Part shown: positions 32,066 to 42,084 of the stretch, one piece after another
Position numbering within the stretch: the stretch's first letter is position 1
Layout of the letters: each line of letters begins with the position of its first letter
Assembly: GCA_019828565.1 (NCBI GenBank)
Contig: JAHDYR010000001.1
Span: 310,001 to 374,000 of the forward strand
Direction of reading: 5' to 3'
Length of the DNA: 64,000 nt
Source of the DNA: Carpediemonas membranifera BICM
Taxonomy: Eukaryota; Protista; Fornicata
Made by a program: the position numbers and the translations under genes
Notes under the pieces: generated by a model
What the model saw: the letters and a program-made list of their open reading frames with translations, nothing else
Told to the model about the DNA's origin: nothing
Database searches by the model: none

Positions 32066-35000
32066 TTGATGAGGAGCAACGGCAGTGATACTGAGTTCTC
32101 CACTTCTACTCTGTCAGATGCCTCATCTGATGCAGATTCATTGCGCGCAGCCTGCTCAGAGTCCGAGAACGACCACATTGTCGTCGAAACAACGCCAGCA
32201 CCGCATATGCCGACGATTCCTGATCATGAATCGCACCAGGAGAGCATTATGGCCGCTGAATCACCATTAGATTCCGCTGCTTCCCCCGCCACCACTGATT
32301 CTGAAGACTCCGTTCCGATCAACTCTTCCTTCGCCAACCTCCGCATCGACGTGCCTCTAATCCACCATGAATCGGACGACGACCTACCCGCGTCATCCAC
32401 TGGCGAGTCTAACTCCGACGAGGCGCACACGCCCGATGATGACCAGCGAATCAACAGACAACAGTCAGGTGACTCCACACTCACTGACGAGAGGCTGGAC
32501 GGGCGCTCAGAGGTTAGCGCAGTCTCTGCAGCCACGACTACGCAGTCCTTCTTCTCTGGCGGAGACGCGGTCGGCATGAGCGGTGCCTTCCGCAGGGCCC
32601 GCATGTTTGCTTACGAGATGGTCTACCTTGTCGTCAAGGGCAACAGATTAGTCGGCCCCCTCATGATTTTACTTCATTTTATCGAGTTTTTGCAGCTCCT
32701 GTCGTTCGCAGTCGACCCGTGCGGCCGTGAGGCGGTCTCTCAGTTTGGTACGTCCGTTGTTCTTAACAAGTACATCGCCATCATCCTCTCCGTTTTCCGA
32801 CTGATGCCGAACTTCGGCGAGTATCATACAGCTCTCTACGTTGCCTGCTCTATTGTCACAGCAGCTCTGGTCATCTTTCTAGTACTCAGCATCGGCCTCA
32901 ATCGCCGTTTGACGAGTTCAAATGTCCCCCCACTGATATTTATTAGAACCATGCGCGTACTCCTCTGCATGCTTGTCACGATCCTCTTCGTACCAGTCGC
33001 CAGCGCATTCACTCAGGTTGCTGTCAGCCTCCTCTCAGATTCCCCGAGCTTGATCAAGATCGTGCTGGCCGTGGTCGTCATATGCATTCTTATTGCCTTT
33101 ACTGGTGTTACTGCTGCAGTCGCTGCTCTCTTCATTCAGCCTGAATTGGCACATCCTTCGCCTCTCGGGAGGATATCGGCGAGATCTGACGTAATCACCC
33201 TTATCATCAAGGCAGCGGTTGTGTGCACGTATCACGTGTTCGACGGCACGACAGCGTACTACCTCCCCGGCATCATCCTCATATGGTGCCTTGGGGCCAA
33301 CACCATGTGTCTCACAGTCTCCCAGCCATACTTTTACCGTGTTACAAACATTCTACGAGTCACCATGCTCGGCCTCGTAGCGGTGGTGGCTGCCTGCTTC
33401 CAAGCCGGTCTTGCTATGCGACTGCCCCCGCCTGCGGTCGACCTGGCCCTGCTATTGTCTTCGCTCGCCACTGTACTCGTCTCTGTAGCCCTTGGACTCG
33501 TCATCCCAGTGCTATACTCAATCCCCACCCGCCTCTTCGTGGCTTCAAACCATGCCATACTCGATGGACAGCCGGCTAAACTGCGCAGACCGACTTGGAT
33601 TCTACCCCACGCCGTTGGTCTCTCGATGAGGCCAATGTATCGTCAGATCGAGCGACTGGACTCCACCATCCAACGACTCCAGCGCCAGCAGCCCATGTCC
33701 ATTCCAGGATTTGAGTCGGAGGACGCCGAGGACGACCCCGCAGTGGAGAAACTGATTGTTGAACGCAACACCGTAGTCGACGATTGCTTCCGCGTGTTCC
33801 AGCATGCTTTCAGGCAGTACCCTAACAGCCTCGTCGTCTGCGCCGCTTACTTCTCCATGGTGACCGCATATCGCCCAAGTTGTTCTTCCGACTGCATGCG
33901 TCGATCCCAGCGGGTCAAGGATCTCAACGCATCGTTCGAATCATTTGATATGATGTACTTTTTCTTCCAAGCTTTCCGCACGACTGGAAGAGGCGGAAGT
34001 AATGACGAGATCGCCAGACTAGAGCGCCAGCGACGGCTGAGAGAGACCATTCGAGACCAACACAACTTGATGGATGACCGCGCCGCTTTTTGGAAAGAAA
34101 TTCGTCAGCTCAGAACAAGAGCGGTGACCAGCGCCAGAGTGCACCAGATCACGGAGATCTCATCCCGTATGTCTGTCACCATCGACCGGGTCAACTCCAA
34201 CTATAATTACTTGTTACGTGACGCCACACCCCGCATTTTAAGGCAGTATTCGAGTTTTTTGCGAGATGTGATGGGGCTTGAACGGTCTGCCTCGAGGTTT
34301 ATGGAACGTGCTGACGAGCTTGAGGCCTCAACCAAGGGCTCATCTTCTGTCCAGGTCCAGGACCTCGACACGCGACACGCAGGCTACCTCTTTGGGGCGA
34401 TTCACACAGGCCTGGAGGTCCGTGGCCTCATCTGCTGCGTCGAGCTGACCACCATCCTCGGTATACTCTCTACCAGCATGTATCTCGTCATCCGGTATAT
34501 ATTCCAACACATGGTGATGCTTTTCTTCACCCTAGCCATGTTTTCCTACACGCTGCTGTACAACACGATGGGGGTGACCGAGTATCTCAGCTACAACGAC
34601 CCCAGTCGCATCCTGGGCTTCTACAGTATGAGTGAGACTCTACTCACCGCGATCAGGAAGACCGCATCAATTGATTACATCGAGAACACGTTTGACTTGT
34701 ACTCGACGGCCGTTCAGCTCATCACAGCTGACTCGATCATCCCCCAGGCGCACAAGGCGGCCATTCTCGAGACACACACGCCGCTCTCCTGGTCGAGCGA
34801 CACCTGGTACCCACATGCTCTGACCGAGCTCACCATCGGCCTGTTTAGCGACCATCTCGACTTGTTGAGCAGTAATATGATTAACGTGACGTCGAATATA
34901 TCCCTGACGGACTCGATTAACGTGGCCACTGACACTTTCCAGCGGTCTGGGCAGGAGGCCCTCCACCAGCTCGACGAACCAGCCTCGGACTCGGGCTCTG

Positions 35001-36574
35001 ACACGCACGATGCCATTATGTCTCACTATGTAACCAGTGAAATGAGCATGGACGAGGCGATTACCTCCATCATGGGCGCCCTCGAGCGGATCGAGGCGGT
35101 CAACCGAGCTGCACTGATCGCGCAGGACGGAAGCTACCCAGTGGATCACACCGAATTCGAGGCAGATATGGCGTTTGTCCTTGCAAACACGCCTGCTTTG
35201 ATGGACCATTTCGAGACAATTCTCGAGGACTTCCTTCTGACGACCCATTCTTTCCCCTTCGTGCTAATGTTCCTTCTTCTCGCGCTCATGGTCGTGTTTT
35301 CCCTCTCGACTTGTCTCATGGTCTTCATCCTCTTTATCAACCCCGTACGGAAGGCGTATGCAGCCAACCTCGAGGTCCTCAAAGCCCTTCTTATGCTACC
35401 ACCCAGTGTAATGGAGGAGCTCTCGTCCCAGGAAACCAAAGCACCTCAGCGGAAGCCCAAGGCCCGCATTGCCAAGGTCATGTTCAACGTACCAGACCAA
35501 GAGGACGACGACCCCACATACACATCCACCCCAGCTACGCCACGGGCACTCACTGCTCAGGGCATGCCCAAGAGCGGCTCTACGAAGGCCACACTGGCCA
35601 TGTGGAAGCGGGCGAAGCCTCACATCGTCCGACGGTGGCTGTTTGGTCTCCTGCCCCGCATCTTGCTGTTCACATCGCTCGTGTTGTGTGCTTATGACTT
35701 CTTTAGCGGGATTCTGATATATCGCGTGATCGGAGATACTCATATCACTTCGGAGTTTTATATAATGCTACGCGGGATCATCGCAAACGGTGAGATCGCC
35801 TCACAAGTCCAGCGGGTCTCCGCCTTCGAAGCGGCCACCGGCATGCGTGCCAACACCACCCGCGCTTCCCTGCTTTCAGCCGAGGCGGACCTTGAAGACG
35901 CAGTGACCTGGATGTCGTCCACCACCACTGCGTTCTCCCACAACTGGTTCAGAACCAACATCGACGTTGACTGGAAGGAAGAGATCATTCTCTATGTTGC
36001 CGAGCTGGTCACTTCCTCTGCGTGGGTCAGTGGGCCTTACTACGATACGATTGCCGAGATCCTGTATGTCCCATCGTGCCCGTTCGAGGCTATATCCCCC
36101 GATCTCTGTGTTGCCATGCTCGGTGGGTTGTTTGACGCACCGACGCAGACACAAGGAGGGCTACTCAGCGCCGCGCAGTTTGCTACGGGGGTGGCAAAGC
36201 TCGCATCACAGATTGACACTGGTTTCATGACCGCAGTCGCGCAGCAGTTCGCCACGATAGACACGTTTGGGCTGAGTGGATACTTCGTCAACATGATTGC
36301 TGCTATTCGGAACCGTCTGGGCTCTGATATTGACAGCACTGTGACTATTATCATTGTATTTACTGTTATCATCGCTGCGTTAATCGCCGGCATGTATGTT
36401 GTCTTCTTCCGTCCACTCGCCCTCAAGGTTTACTGGGAAAGACGTGAGCTTCTCGTCAATCTCGATATTATTGTCAGAGACTCCAAGGTCGAGTTGCCCC
36501 AAGATGTCAGGGCGTTGGTCGAGCGGATCAGACCACAATCGGCGGTCGAGGTGGACGGTAGTGACAGCGAGTGA
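32066..36574 (+). CDS. Multi-pass membrane protein, TmcB/TmcC (tiny macrocysts)-like
   Basis: N-terminal TM cluster starting at FIEFLQLLSF, a central helical region (AFWKEI, ILRQYSSFLRDV) and further C-terminal TM pairs. Confidence 0.7.
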   Translation: MMRSNGSDTEFSTSTLSDASSDADSLRAACSESENDHIVVETTPAPHMPTIPDHESHQESIMAAESPLDSAASPATTDSEDSVPINSSFANLRIDVPLIHHESDDDLPASSTGESNSDEAHTPDDDQRINRQQSGDSTLTDERLDGRSEVSAVSAATTTQSFFSGGDAVGMSGAFRRARMFAYEMVYLVVKGNRLVGPLMILLHFIEFLQLLSFAVDPCGREAVSQFGTSVVLNKYIAIILSVFRLMPNFGEYHTALYVACSIVTAALVIFLVLSIGLNRRLTSSNVPPLIFIRTMRVLLCMLVTILFVPVASAFTQVAVSLLSDSPSLIKIVLAVVVICILIAFTGVTAAVAALFIQPELAHPSPLGRISARSDVITLIIKAAVVCTYHVFDGTTAYYLPGIILIWCLGANTMCLTVSQPYFYRVTNILRVTMLGLVAVVAACFQAGLAMRLPPPAVDLALLLSSLATVLVSVALGLVIPVLYSIPTRLFVASNHAILDGQPAKLRRPTWILPHAVGLSMRPMYRQIERLDSTIQRLQRQQPMSIPGFESEDAEDDPAVEKLIVERNTVVDDCFRVFQHAFRQYPNSLVVCAAYFSMVTAYRPSCSSDCMRRSQRVKDLNASFESFDMMYFFFQAFRTTGRGGSNDEIARLERQRRLRETIRDQHNLMDDRAAFWKEIRQLRTRAVTSARVHQITEISSRMSVTIDRVNSNYNYLLRDATPRILRQYSSFLRDVMGLERSASRFMERADELEASTKGSSSVQVQDLDTRHAGYLFGAIHTGLEVRGLICCVELTTILGILSTSMYLVIRYIFQHMVMLFFTLAMFSYTLLYNTMGVTEYLSYNDPSRILGFYSMSETLLTAIRKTASIDYIENTFDLYSTAVQLITADSIIPQAHKAAILETHTPLSWSSDTWYPHALTELTIGLFSDHLDLLSSNMINVTSNISLTDSINVATDTFQRSGQEALHQLDEPASDSGSDTHDAIMSHYVTSEMSMDEAITSIMGALERIEAVNRAALIAQDGSYPVDHTEFEADMAFVLANTPALMDHFETILEDFLLTTHSFPFVLMFLLLALMVVFSLSTCLMVFILFINPVRKAYAANLEVLKALLMLPPSVMEELSSQETKAPQRKPKARIAKVMFNVPDQEDDDPTYTSTPATPRALTAQGMPKSGSTKATLAMWKRAKPHIVRRWLFGLLPRILLFTSLVLCAYDFFSGILIYRVIGDTHITSEFYIMLRGIIANGEIASQVQRVSAFEAATGMRANTTRASLLSAEADLEDAVTWMSSTTTAFSHNWFRTNIDVDWKEEIILYVAELVTSSAWVSGPYYDTIAEILYVPSCPFEAISPDLCVAMLGGLFDAPTQTQGGLLSAAQFATGVAKLASQIDTGFMTAVAQQFATIDTFGLSGYFVNMIAAIRNRLGSDIDSTVTIIIVFTVIIAALIAGMYVVFFRPLALKVYWERRELLVNLDIIVRDSKVELPQDVRALVERIRPQSAVEVDGSDSE

Positions 36575-36805
36575 GATTTGAGGTGATCATGTCTGCAGAG
36601 ATTGGGGGATTACGATTACGTTGTCTGTGTTTGATTATAAAATCGATTCGATGCTGCTGATGTTTCTTTGGTTGGGTCCCGTTTTGCCGTAACAATGTAA
36701 AGCACATGGTTGAAGGCTTCTATGCTGCCGCCCGCAAGGGCAACAGCATTGCGCTGGAGACCATGCCGCCGGCAGTGCTCCGTGGTCTGCCTCCGGGCTG
36801 ACCGT

Positions 36806-37182
36806 TATATACTATGACAACAAGTTTATTTTAATAATAAACACGAAAATTGTACACAACATGGTTCCCCTTGTAGGCTGAGCATGGTTTATCTGGGGCT
36901 GATGGAACAATGAATGATGTGCTTGGGGTCGACTTGGTAAGTTTCATGACCACGGATCCTTCATCACCCCGCCCCCTCTTGGTCGTGTCGTGGGTTGACA
37001 CCGCTTGACACCACATCGAGGTGGACACTTATCACCAAGGGTGATGTTTGCGCGCAATGTGCAGGATAAGGTCAATGTCGGAGGATCAGTCGCTGGAAGC
37101 GACGGACATTGACCTACACGCGGGCCAAGGCCGGCGTACCACCCGCCAGGTAAGGCGAGCCCCCAGACTTACATAGTATATA
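36806..37182. other. Structured non-coding element bounded by an 11-bp inverted repeat (MITE-like element or ncRNA)
   Basis: TATATACTATG (36806-36816) pairs with CATAGTATATA (37172-37182). Internal perfect AGGTCAATGTC/GACATTGACCT stem and several hairpins; no credible ORF. Confidence 0.45.
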
Positions 37183-37211
37183 TATATATAGTATATAGTA
37201 TATAGTATATA
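37176..37211. repeat. (TA)n / (GTATATA)n microsatellite
   Basis: GTATATATATATATA GTATATA GTATATA GTATATA read directly from the sequence. Confidence 0.95.
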
Positions 37212-37382
37212 TTACAGGAGCACGGTAAGTCACAGAGCATTTACATAGGTCAGGAAACAGGGGTTTCTCAAGTAAATACTCTTCCCCCTCCATTCACGAG
37301 CACACGATCATCCCGAAGTACACCACCAATTCATCCACTCGCATCGACGCTTTAGTACAGTAATGAAACAAATGCCCAGGTC

Positions 37383-39272
37383 TCACCTCATGGCGGTCGC
37401 CTTCAGCTCTTGCCGCAGGGCGTCGAGCCTCGCAGTCTTCTTGGCCAGGTCGGACAGAACATCTTCCCGGTCTGTCGCGGGCGATGGGTCCAATGTCTTC
37501 ATCTTACCCTGTTGCTGTGGAATGTTCTCCGGCATCCTGACACCCGTCCGGCCAAGTTGCGGGAAAGTTCTCCGGACAGAAACTCCGGACATCCGAGGAG
37601 CGGTGTACGAATCATTTGATGCGCTCACCCCAGGAGAGGCGTCGACCCTTTGGCCAGGGTCCCGTGAAGTGGGCGTGGGCAGACTGTCAACCCTGCGACC
37701 AACCCCGACTGTCTGCATGGAGGGAAGCTTCATCGCCTCGGTCTGCCTGTCTTTGACGAGCCGCTTTGTCAGACTGTCGACCTCGCTCTCCAGTGCCTTG
37801 ATGCGAGCGTCCTTTGATTTGGAGTCACGCTCAACAATGTCGGCCTTGAGGTCGAACTCAGCGACTTGCTTCGAGAGGGCTTCAGCTCTGCTCTTCTCGC
37901 TCTGAGCCTGGTCTGTCTGCTTACTGAGCTCTGCCTGCAGTGCCTCCACGATGACCTCGCCACGGGCACGCTCTTCTTCGAGCTCGGCCTTGACGAAATC
38001 GAGCTGACCGCGAACCTTGCCGAGGGCCGTCTTCTCCACTCTGAGCACCTCTGCGTGTTCGGAGTCAGACTGGCGAAGCTCAGAGACCTCCTTTTCAAGG
38101 TCGAATATCCTTCTCCGCAGCGTCTGGCTCGCGTCAGATCCCTTGCGATCGGACTCTGAAACGGCAGATCTCAACGATGCCAGCTGCTCCTCGTGGTCGG
38201 CCTTAGAGATACGCAGCTGGCGCTCGAGCGTGGCGATTTGCTCTTCAAGACCAGAGCGAACACCGCTGGCCTCTGCTGCAAGAGCCTCGGCCTGCTGTCG
38301 CTCCTCGAGGGCAGCGGCTTCCTGGTCCTGAGCATGGGCTAGTGCTTGCAAGAGCTCCTGCTGCACATCTTCCAGCTGGGTCATCTCACGTTCAGTCTCC
38401 CTTAAACTGCGCAAAGTCGAGTTGAGTTGCTTCGTCGAGTCGTTGAGCTGCCGCTCGAGGTCGGCAGAACGCTCATTCGTGCGGGCGGCTTGCTTCTTAA
38501 GAGAGTCAATCTGGGCGCGGGCGTCCTTGGCTGCTGCGTCAGCTCTGTCTCTGGCATCTTCGGTGACTGAAAGCAAGTCCGCCTTCCTCTGGAGAGCGTC
38601 GACCTGTTCTTGGAGCAAATCCCTTGAATTAGTCAAATCAGGCACCTGATTGGCCAAATCTCTAGCGCGTGCGAGCTCGCTGCGTGTGTTTTCAAGATCA
38701 GCCTCGAGGTCGTCGTTGCGACTGAACATTTCTTCCGAAACGGTTCTCAGCTCAGAGGCATCGGCCTCTGCCACCTCAACCCGCTCATTCAGATCCTTGT
38801 TGGTATTCTGCATATCAGCCAGCTCCGCCTCGAGCTCTGCGATGCGCTTCTCGGCCCTTGAAAGGCTTTCCATTGTGTCGGCAGCTTCGCCAGTCATTTG
38901 TGCCTTGCGGTTGAGCGCCGCACGGAGAACATTGATATATTGCTCGCTCTCAGAGACGCGCCCGGTGATTTGGGTGAGCTGTTTCGACAGAGACATGTTT
39001 TCGTTGCGTAGGAGGCGGTTTTCCCGCTGGACGTCTGAGGAGGAAATCGCGTCGGCGAGATTATCCCGCGTAGTGGCCGCCTTGCTTTCTAATTCTTCGG
39101 AATATTGACGTTGGGAAGCTAATTGGGCATCAAGGCGCTGCACTTGGCGCTCAAGAGACTCGATCTGGCGTTCTCGGCTTACGACCGACCTTTGAAGGCG
39201 CTCACTCTTCTTTTGTTCCTCAAACAGCTGCTGACGTGCTTCTCGCAACGCTGTATATTGCTGGGAGTCCAT
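37383..39272 (-). CDS. Long coiled-coil protein
   Basis: 629-aa ORF with continuous heptad pattern and a Pro/Ser-rich tail. Confidence 0.85.
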   Translation of the reverse strand: MDSQQYTALREARQQLFEEQKKSERLQRSVVSRERQIESLERQVQRLDAQLASQRQYSEELESKAATTRDNLADAISSSDVQRENRLLRNENMSLSKQLTQITGRVSESEQYINVLRAALNRKAQMTGEAADTMESLSRAEKRIAELEAELADMQNTNKDLNERVEVAEADASELRTVSEEMFSRNDDLEADLENTRSELARARDLANQVPDLTNSRDLLQEQVDALQRKADLLSVTEDARDRADAAAKDARAQIDSLKKQAARTNERSADLERQLNDSTKQLNSTLRSLRETEREMTQLEDVQQELLQALAHAQDQEAAALEERQQAEALAAEASGVRSGLEEQIATLERQLRISKADHEEQLASLRSAVSESDRKGSDASQTLRRRIFDLEKEVSELRQSDSEHAEVLRVEKTALGKVRGQLDFVKAELEEERARGEVIVEALQAELSKQTDQAQSEKSRAEALSKQVAEFDLKADIVERDSKSKDARIKALESEVDSLTKRLVKDRQTEAMKLPSMQTVGVGRRVDSLPTPTSRDPGQRVDASPGVSASNDSYTAPRMSGVSVRRTFPQLGRTGVRMPENIPQQQGKMKTLDPSPATDREDVLSDLAKKTARLDALRQELKATAMR

Positions 39273-39424
39273 TCAGACGCAGAACTCGGGCCGCAAAACC
39301 ACGTGATTTGATCAAGATTTTGCGATCAAATTTTGAGCACCGGAAGACGGATTCAGATCCTATCACCCTGGCATCAGATCAGCCATATGCTATATAATCC
39401 CCATAAACAGTATTTATCCTCACC

Positions 39425-40390
39425 CTACCTTCTCTTATCCTGCACCTTTTGCAACGACGCCGTCAGACGAGGGAATGTGGCAGGGAAAGTGTCTCTCCGT
39501 CCATCAGCGATGTGCAGTACCCGGTGCGTGTTGATTAGACTGCCGAACTTCGAGTACCGCTTGCTGAGGAGCCCTTCATGGATGAGGCCTTGGATCGCCG
39601 CAGATGGCGCAATCTTGAGCATGCGGGATGTTCTGAAGAGATCCTTCTCGACAAGCTCGTTTCTAGAAAGGTAGGTAGCACCGTTTGCAGCGGCGTCGCG
39701 GCAGTACTGGCGGCATCTGTTGTAATCGCCAACAGTCAACCACGAGCAATTGGGGAGGGTCTCGCTGTCCTGCAGGGCGACAACCTGAGCCATATCATCG
39801 CGGTCAACGTCCGTATCCTCCTCGATCTCGCTGTCTTCGTTCACAGTGGTCTTTGCGTTGGGGACAGGAACCTCAAGGGCTGCGGGCGGGTTCATAACGG
39901 CCGAGTTACCGATCATGTCCCAGGATATAGCGAGGCTGGCGATCATAGGCCGGCACTGCGTGAAGAAGGCGCGGAGCTTCGCCAGAGAGGCGAGGTCCTC
40001 GGCGACAAAGCCACATTCAAGGATCACGCTCGTTTCTTCAGCAAGGTTGATCATCTTTGACTGCACGGCGTCAAGCTCTGGCTTATAAAGGATGGCTTGA
40101 GAGATCTGCTTGAGGCAAAAGTAGACGCCGTCGTTCTCAATGAACTGCTGCACATTGGCGGCCGCACTGGAATCAAGACGGGTGCGGATGACATATAGTA
40201 CAAGCATACGAACGGCTCTTAGGAAAGCCATCTGGGACTTGAAGCGAGGCAGCATTGGATGCTCGTCAGTCCTAAAAAGTGGGAAGAAGTCATCGTCGAG
40301 CTTCCTAAAGACCTCTACTTGATTCTCATTCAACCATTCAACGAATTGGATGTCCGATAGCCCTTTCTGAGCTTCTATAAGGGAGCTCAT
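39425..40390 (-). CDS. Hypothetical protein with a possible C-terminal winged helix
   Basis: ORF of more than 320 aa with host-like codon use; C-terminal ...AAIQGLIHEGLLSKR. Confidence 0.65.
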   Translation of the reverse strand: MSSLIEAQKGLSDIQFVEWLNENQVEVFRKLDDDFFPLFRTDEHPMLPRFKSQMAFLRAVRMLVLYVIRTRLDSSAAANVQQFIENDGVYFCLKQISQAILYKPELDAVQSKMINLAEETSVILECGFVAEDLASLAKLRAFFTQCRPMIASLAISWDMIGNSAVMNPPAALEVPVPNAKTTVNEDSEIEEDTDVDRDDMAQVVALQDSETLPNCSWLTVGDYNRCRQYCRDAAANGATYLSRNELVEKDLFRTSRMLKIAPSAAIQGLIHEGLLSKRYSKFGSLINTHRVLHIADGRRDTFPATFPRLTASLQKVQDKRR

Positions 40391-40532
40391 GCACTTCGTC
40401 TCGAGGCTGCGCGCAAACAATACATGGCGCTTTAACAACGTAAATCAGAAACAAACATCAAACCGGGCAGTGACAGACCAGCATACCCATCAGTCACATA
40501 CAAACACAGCCGACATACCGCCCCACGGGGCC

Positions 40533-41078
40533 TCACCTCGAATCAAGCTCCAGGACCAGGCCCTTGTTCTTCACGACGGCCTCCTGGGCTGCCGCTGAGG
40601 TGGTTACTATGCGAGCCATCACAGCCATCGCAGTGGCGGAGTACGGCACGAAGTTGGCTCGGGCAACGTTTTCTGCGTGATGAGCGTAGGCGATGAGAGC
40701 GGAGGACCTAATCTCGCCAAGGAGCGCATATACAGCATCTAGGCGCTGAATAAGATACTTGCTATACTCAGGAGAGGCACGTAGACGTGGTATTGTGGCG
40801 GAAAAGGCGCCCGCATATTCCTTGAGATCGTTGCCAATGTCAATACGCTTGTACTTGTTCAAAAGTCTGCGGGTGGTTACTAATTTGCGGAAATAACCTG
40901 TCTTTCGGTGCGCATTCTTGAACATATAGTACAATTGGTTCACAAGCTGGATTTCATTGTCTAGCTTGGTAGGTAGAACGTTGTGCCTCCCAGTGTTCAA
41001 CTTCTGCGCTCTGTCGCACAATTTAGCATCACTGGACCCAACAGTTGTCACTGCAGGCTTTTTCGCAGAGATTTGCAT
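40533..41078 (-). CDS. RNase MRP protein Rmp1/NEPRO-like (DUF4477)
   Basis: EIQLVNQLYYMFKNAHRKTGYFRKL and FVPYSATAMAVMARI match the Rmp1 pattern (E..L...Y..KNQHR...F..L; F.......L.RI). Confidence 0.6.
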   Translation of the reverse strand: MQISAKKPAVTTVGSSDAKLCDRAQKLNTGRHNVLPTKLDNEIQLVNQLYYMFKNAHRKTGYFRKLVTTRRLLNKYKRIDIGNDLKEYAGAFSATIPRLRASPEYSKYLIQRLDAVYALLGEIRSSALIAYAHHAENVARANFVPYSATAMAVMARIVTTSAAAQEAVVKNKGLVLELDSR

Positions 41079-41394
41079 CGTGGCGATCGTCCGGTGCATA
41101 AAGTGCACATTCTTCGTTACGAGTCGTACAGGGAGGAAGGAGCCATGCAAAATACAGTGAAAGCTATGAGTAAGACACGAAGGGGTCTTGCTGCCAGAAC
41201 TTCTCATTCGTCGCTCTGCCGCCAGTCAGGACACTTGAGAAAAATCAGCCCGACTCAGCATGTGTATCACTGTTCTGCTGGTCAATTTCAAATACTCACG
41301 CAGCCTATACGCTCTCATCTGAGGGCCTGACTACTTCATCTTTTTTGTACGAAAAAAAACTTGCATGAAAAAAGACGATCGCTTCTGAGTGTCT

Positions 41395-41897
41395 ATGGAC
41401 GTCCGTTTCGCTGCCCCCGAGCGTATTCCTAAGCCTCTTGTTTGTATTTTTGCCGTTTTTACGTGATTATACAGGTTTCCTACAAGGCTAACAAGAAGGG
41501 AACTGTTCTTAAGAAGAACCTCGTTCCTGGCTCCATTGTGATCCTTCTCGCTGGTCGCTACGCTGGCTCCCGCGCTGTCTTCCTCAAGCAGCTCGACTCC
41601 GGCCTCCTTCTCGTTACCGGCCCCCACAAGGTCAACGGTGTCCCTCTTCGCCGCGTTAACCAGCGCTACGTCATCGGCACCTCCACTTCCATCGATGTCT
41701 CCAAGGTTGATCTGTCCAACGTCTCTGAGGAGTGGTTCAAGCACTCTGAGACCGTCCTCCCCGCTCTCGCTGAGACCCAGAAGACCCTCGATGCTACCCT
41801 CCTTGCTGAGATCAAGAAGGTTGACTCCATGAAGGCTTACATGAAGTCCAAGTTCTCCCTCAAGAAGGGCGACCGCCCCCACGACATGGTCTTTTAA
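41395..41897 (+). CDS. RPL6: 60S ribosomal protein L6 (eL6); intron at about 41440-41474
   Basis: PGSIVILLAGRYAG, LLVTGPHKVNGVPLRRVNQRYVIGTS and C-terminal PHDMVF; strong codon bias. Confidence 0.96.
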
Positions 41898-42084
41898 ATG
41901 CCGTCGCTATTGTGCGCCCAGGGTGATTGTTGATGATTTCGTCAAAAGAAGTGACAATACTGCCGTCACTTGCTCTTGCAGTGTGATCATGCTGATACAT
42001 TCGTCAGAGCATTCGCTCTGGCAACATTCTGGTCCCGAGCACTTTTGTGCACTTCGACGCTGAGCTCGAGCTGAACAACATCAA

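Noticed and set aside
36935-36970. Hammerhead-like UGAUGA...GAAAC on the minus strand
   Set aside because: The invariant C3 is G, and stems I and III are not evident.
37100-37165. U1-like CUUACCUGG, U2-like CGGCCUUGGC..GUGUAG, SRP-like and HDV-ribozyme-like resemblances
   Set aside because: The required companion elements are missing (U1-70K loop, U2/U6 helix I sequence, SRP helix 8, HDV P1-P3 pseudoknot). Kept only as an unidentified structured element.
26957-41078. Functional clustering of RNA-processing genes (RNase Z, Rmp1-like, P/MRP-like RNA, capping enzyme)
   Set aside because: The genes are many kb apart and interspersed with unrelated genes; consistent with chance.
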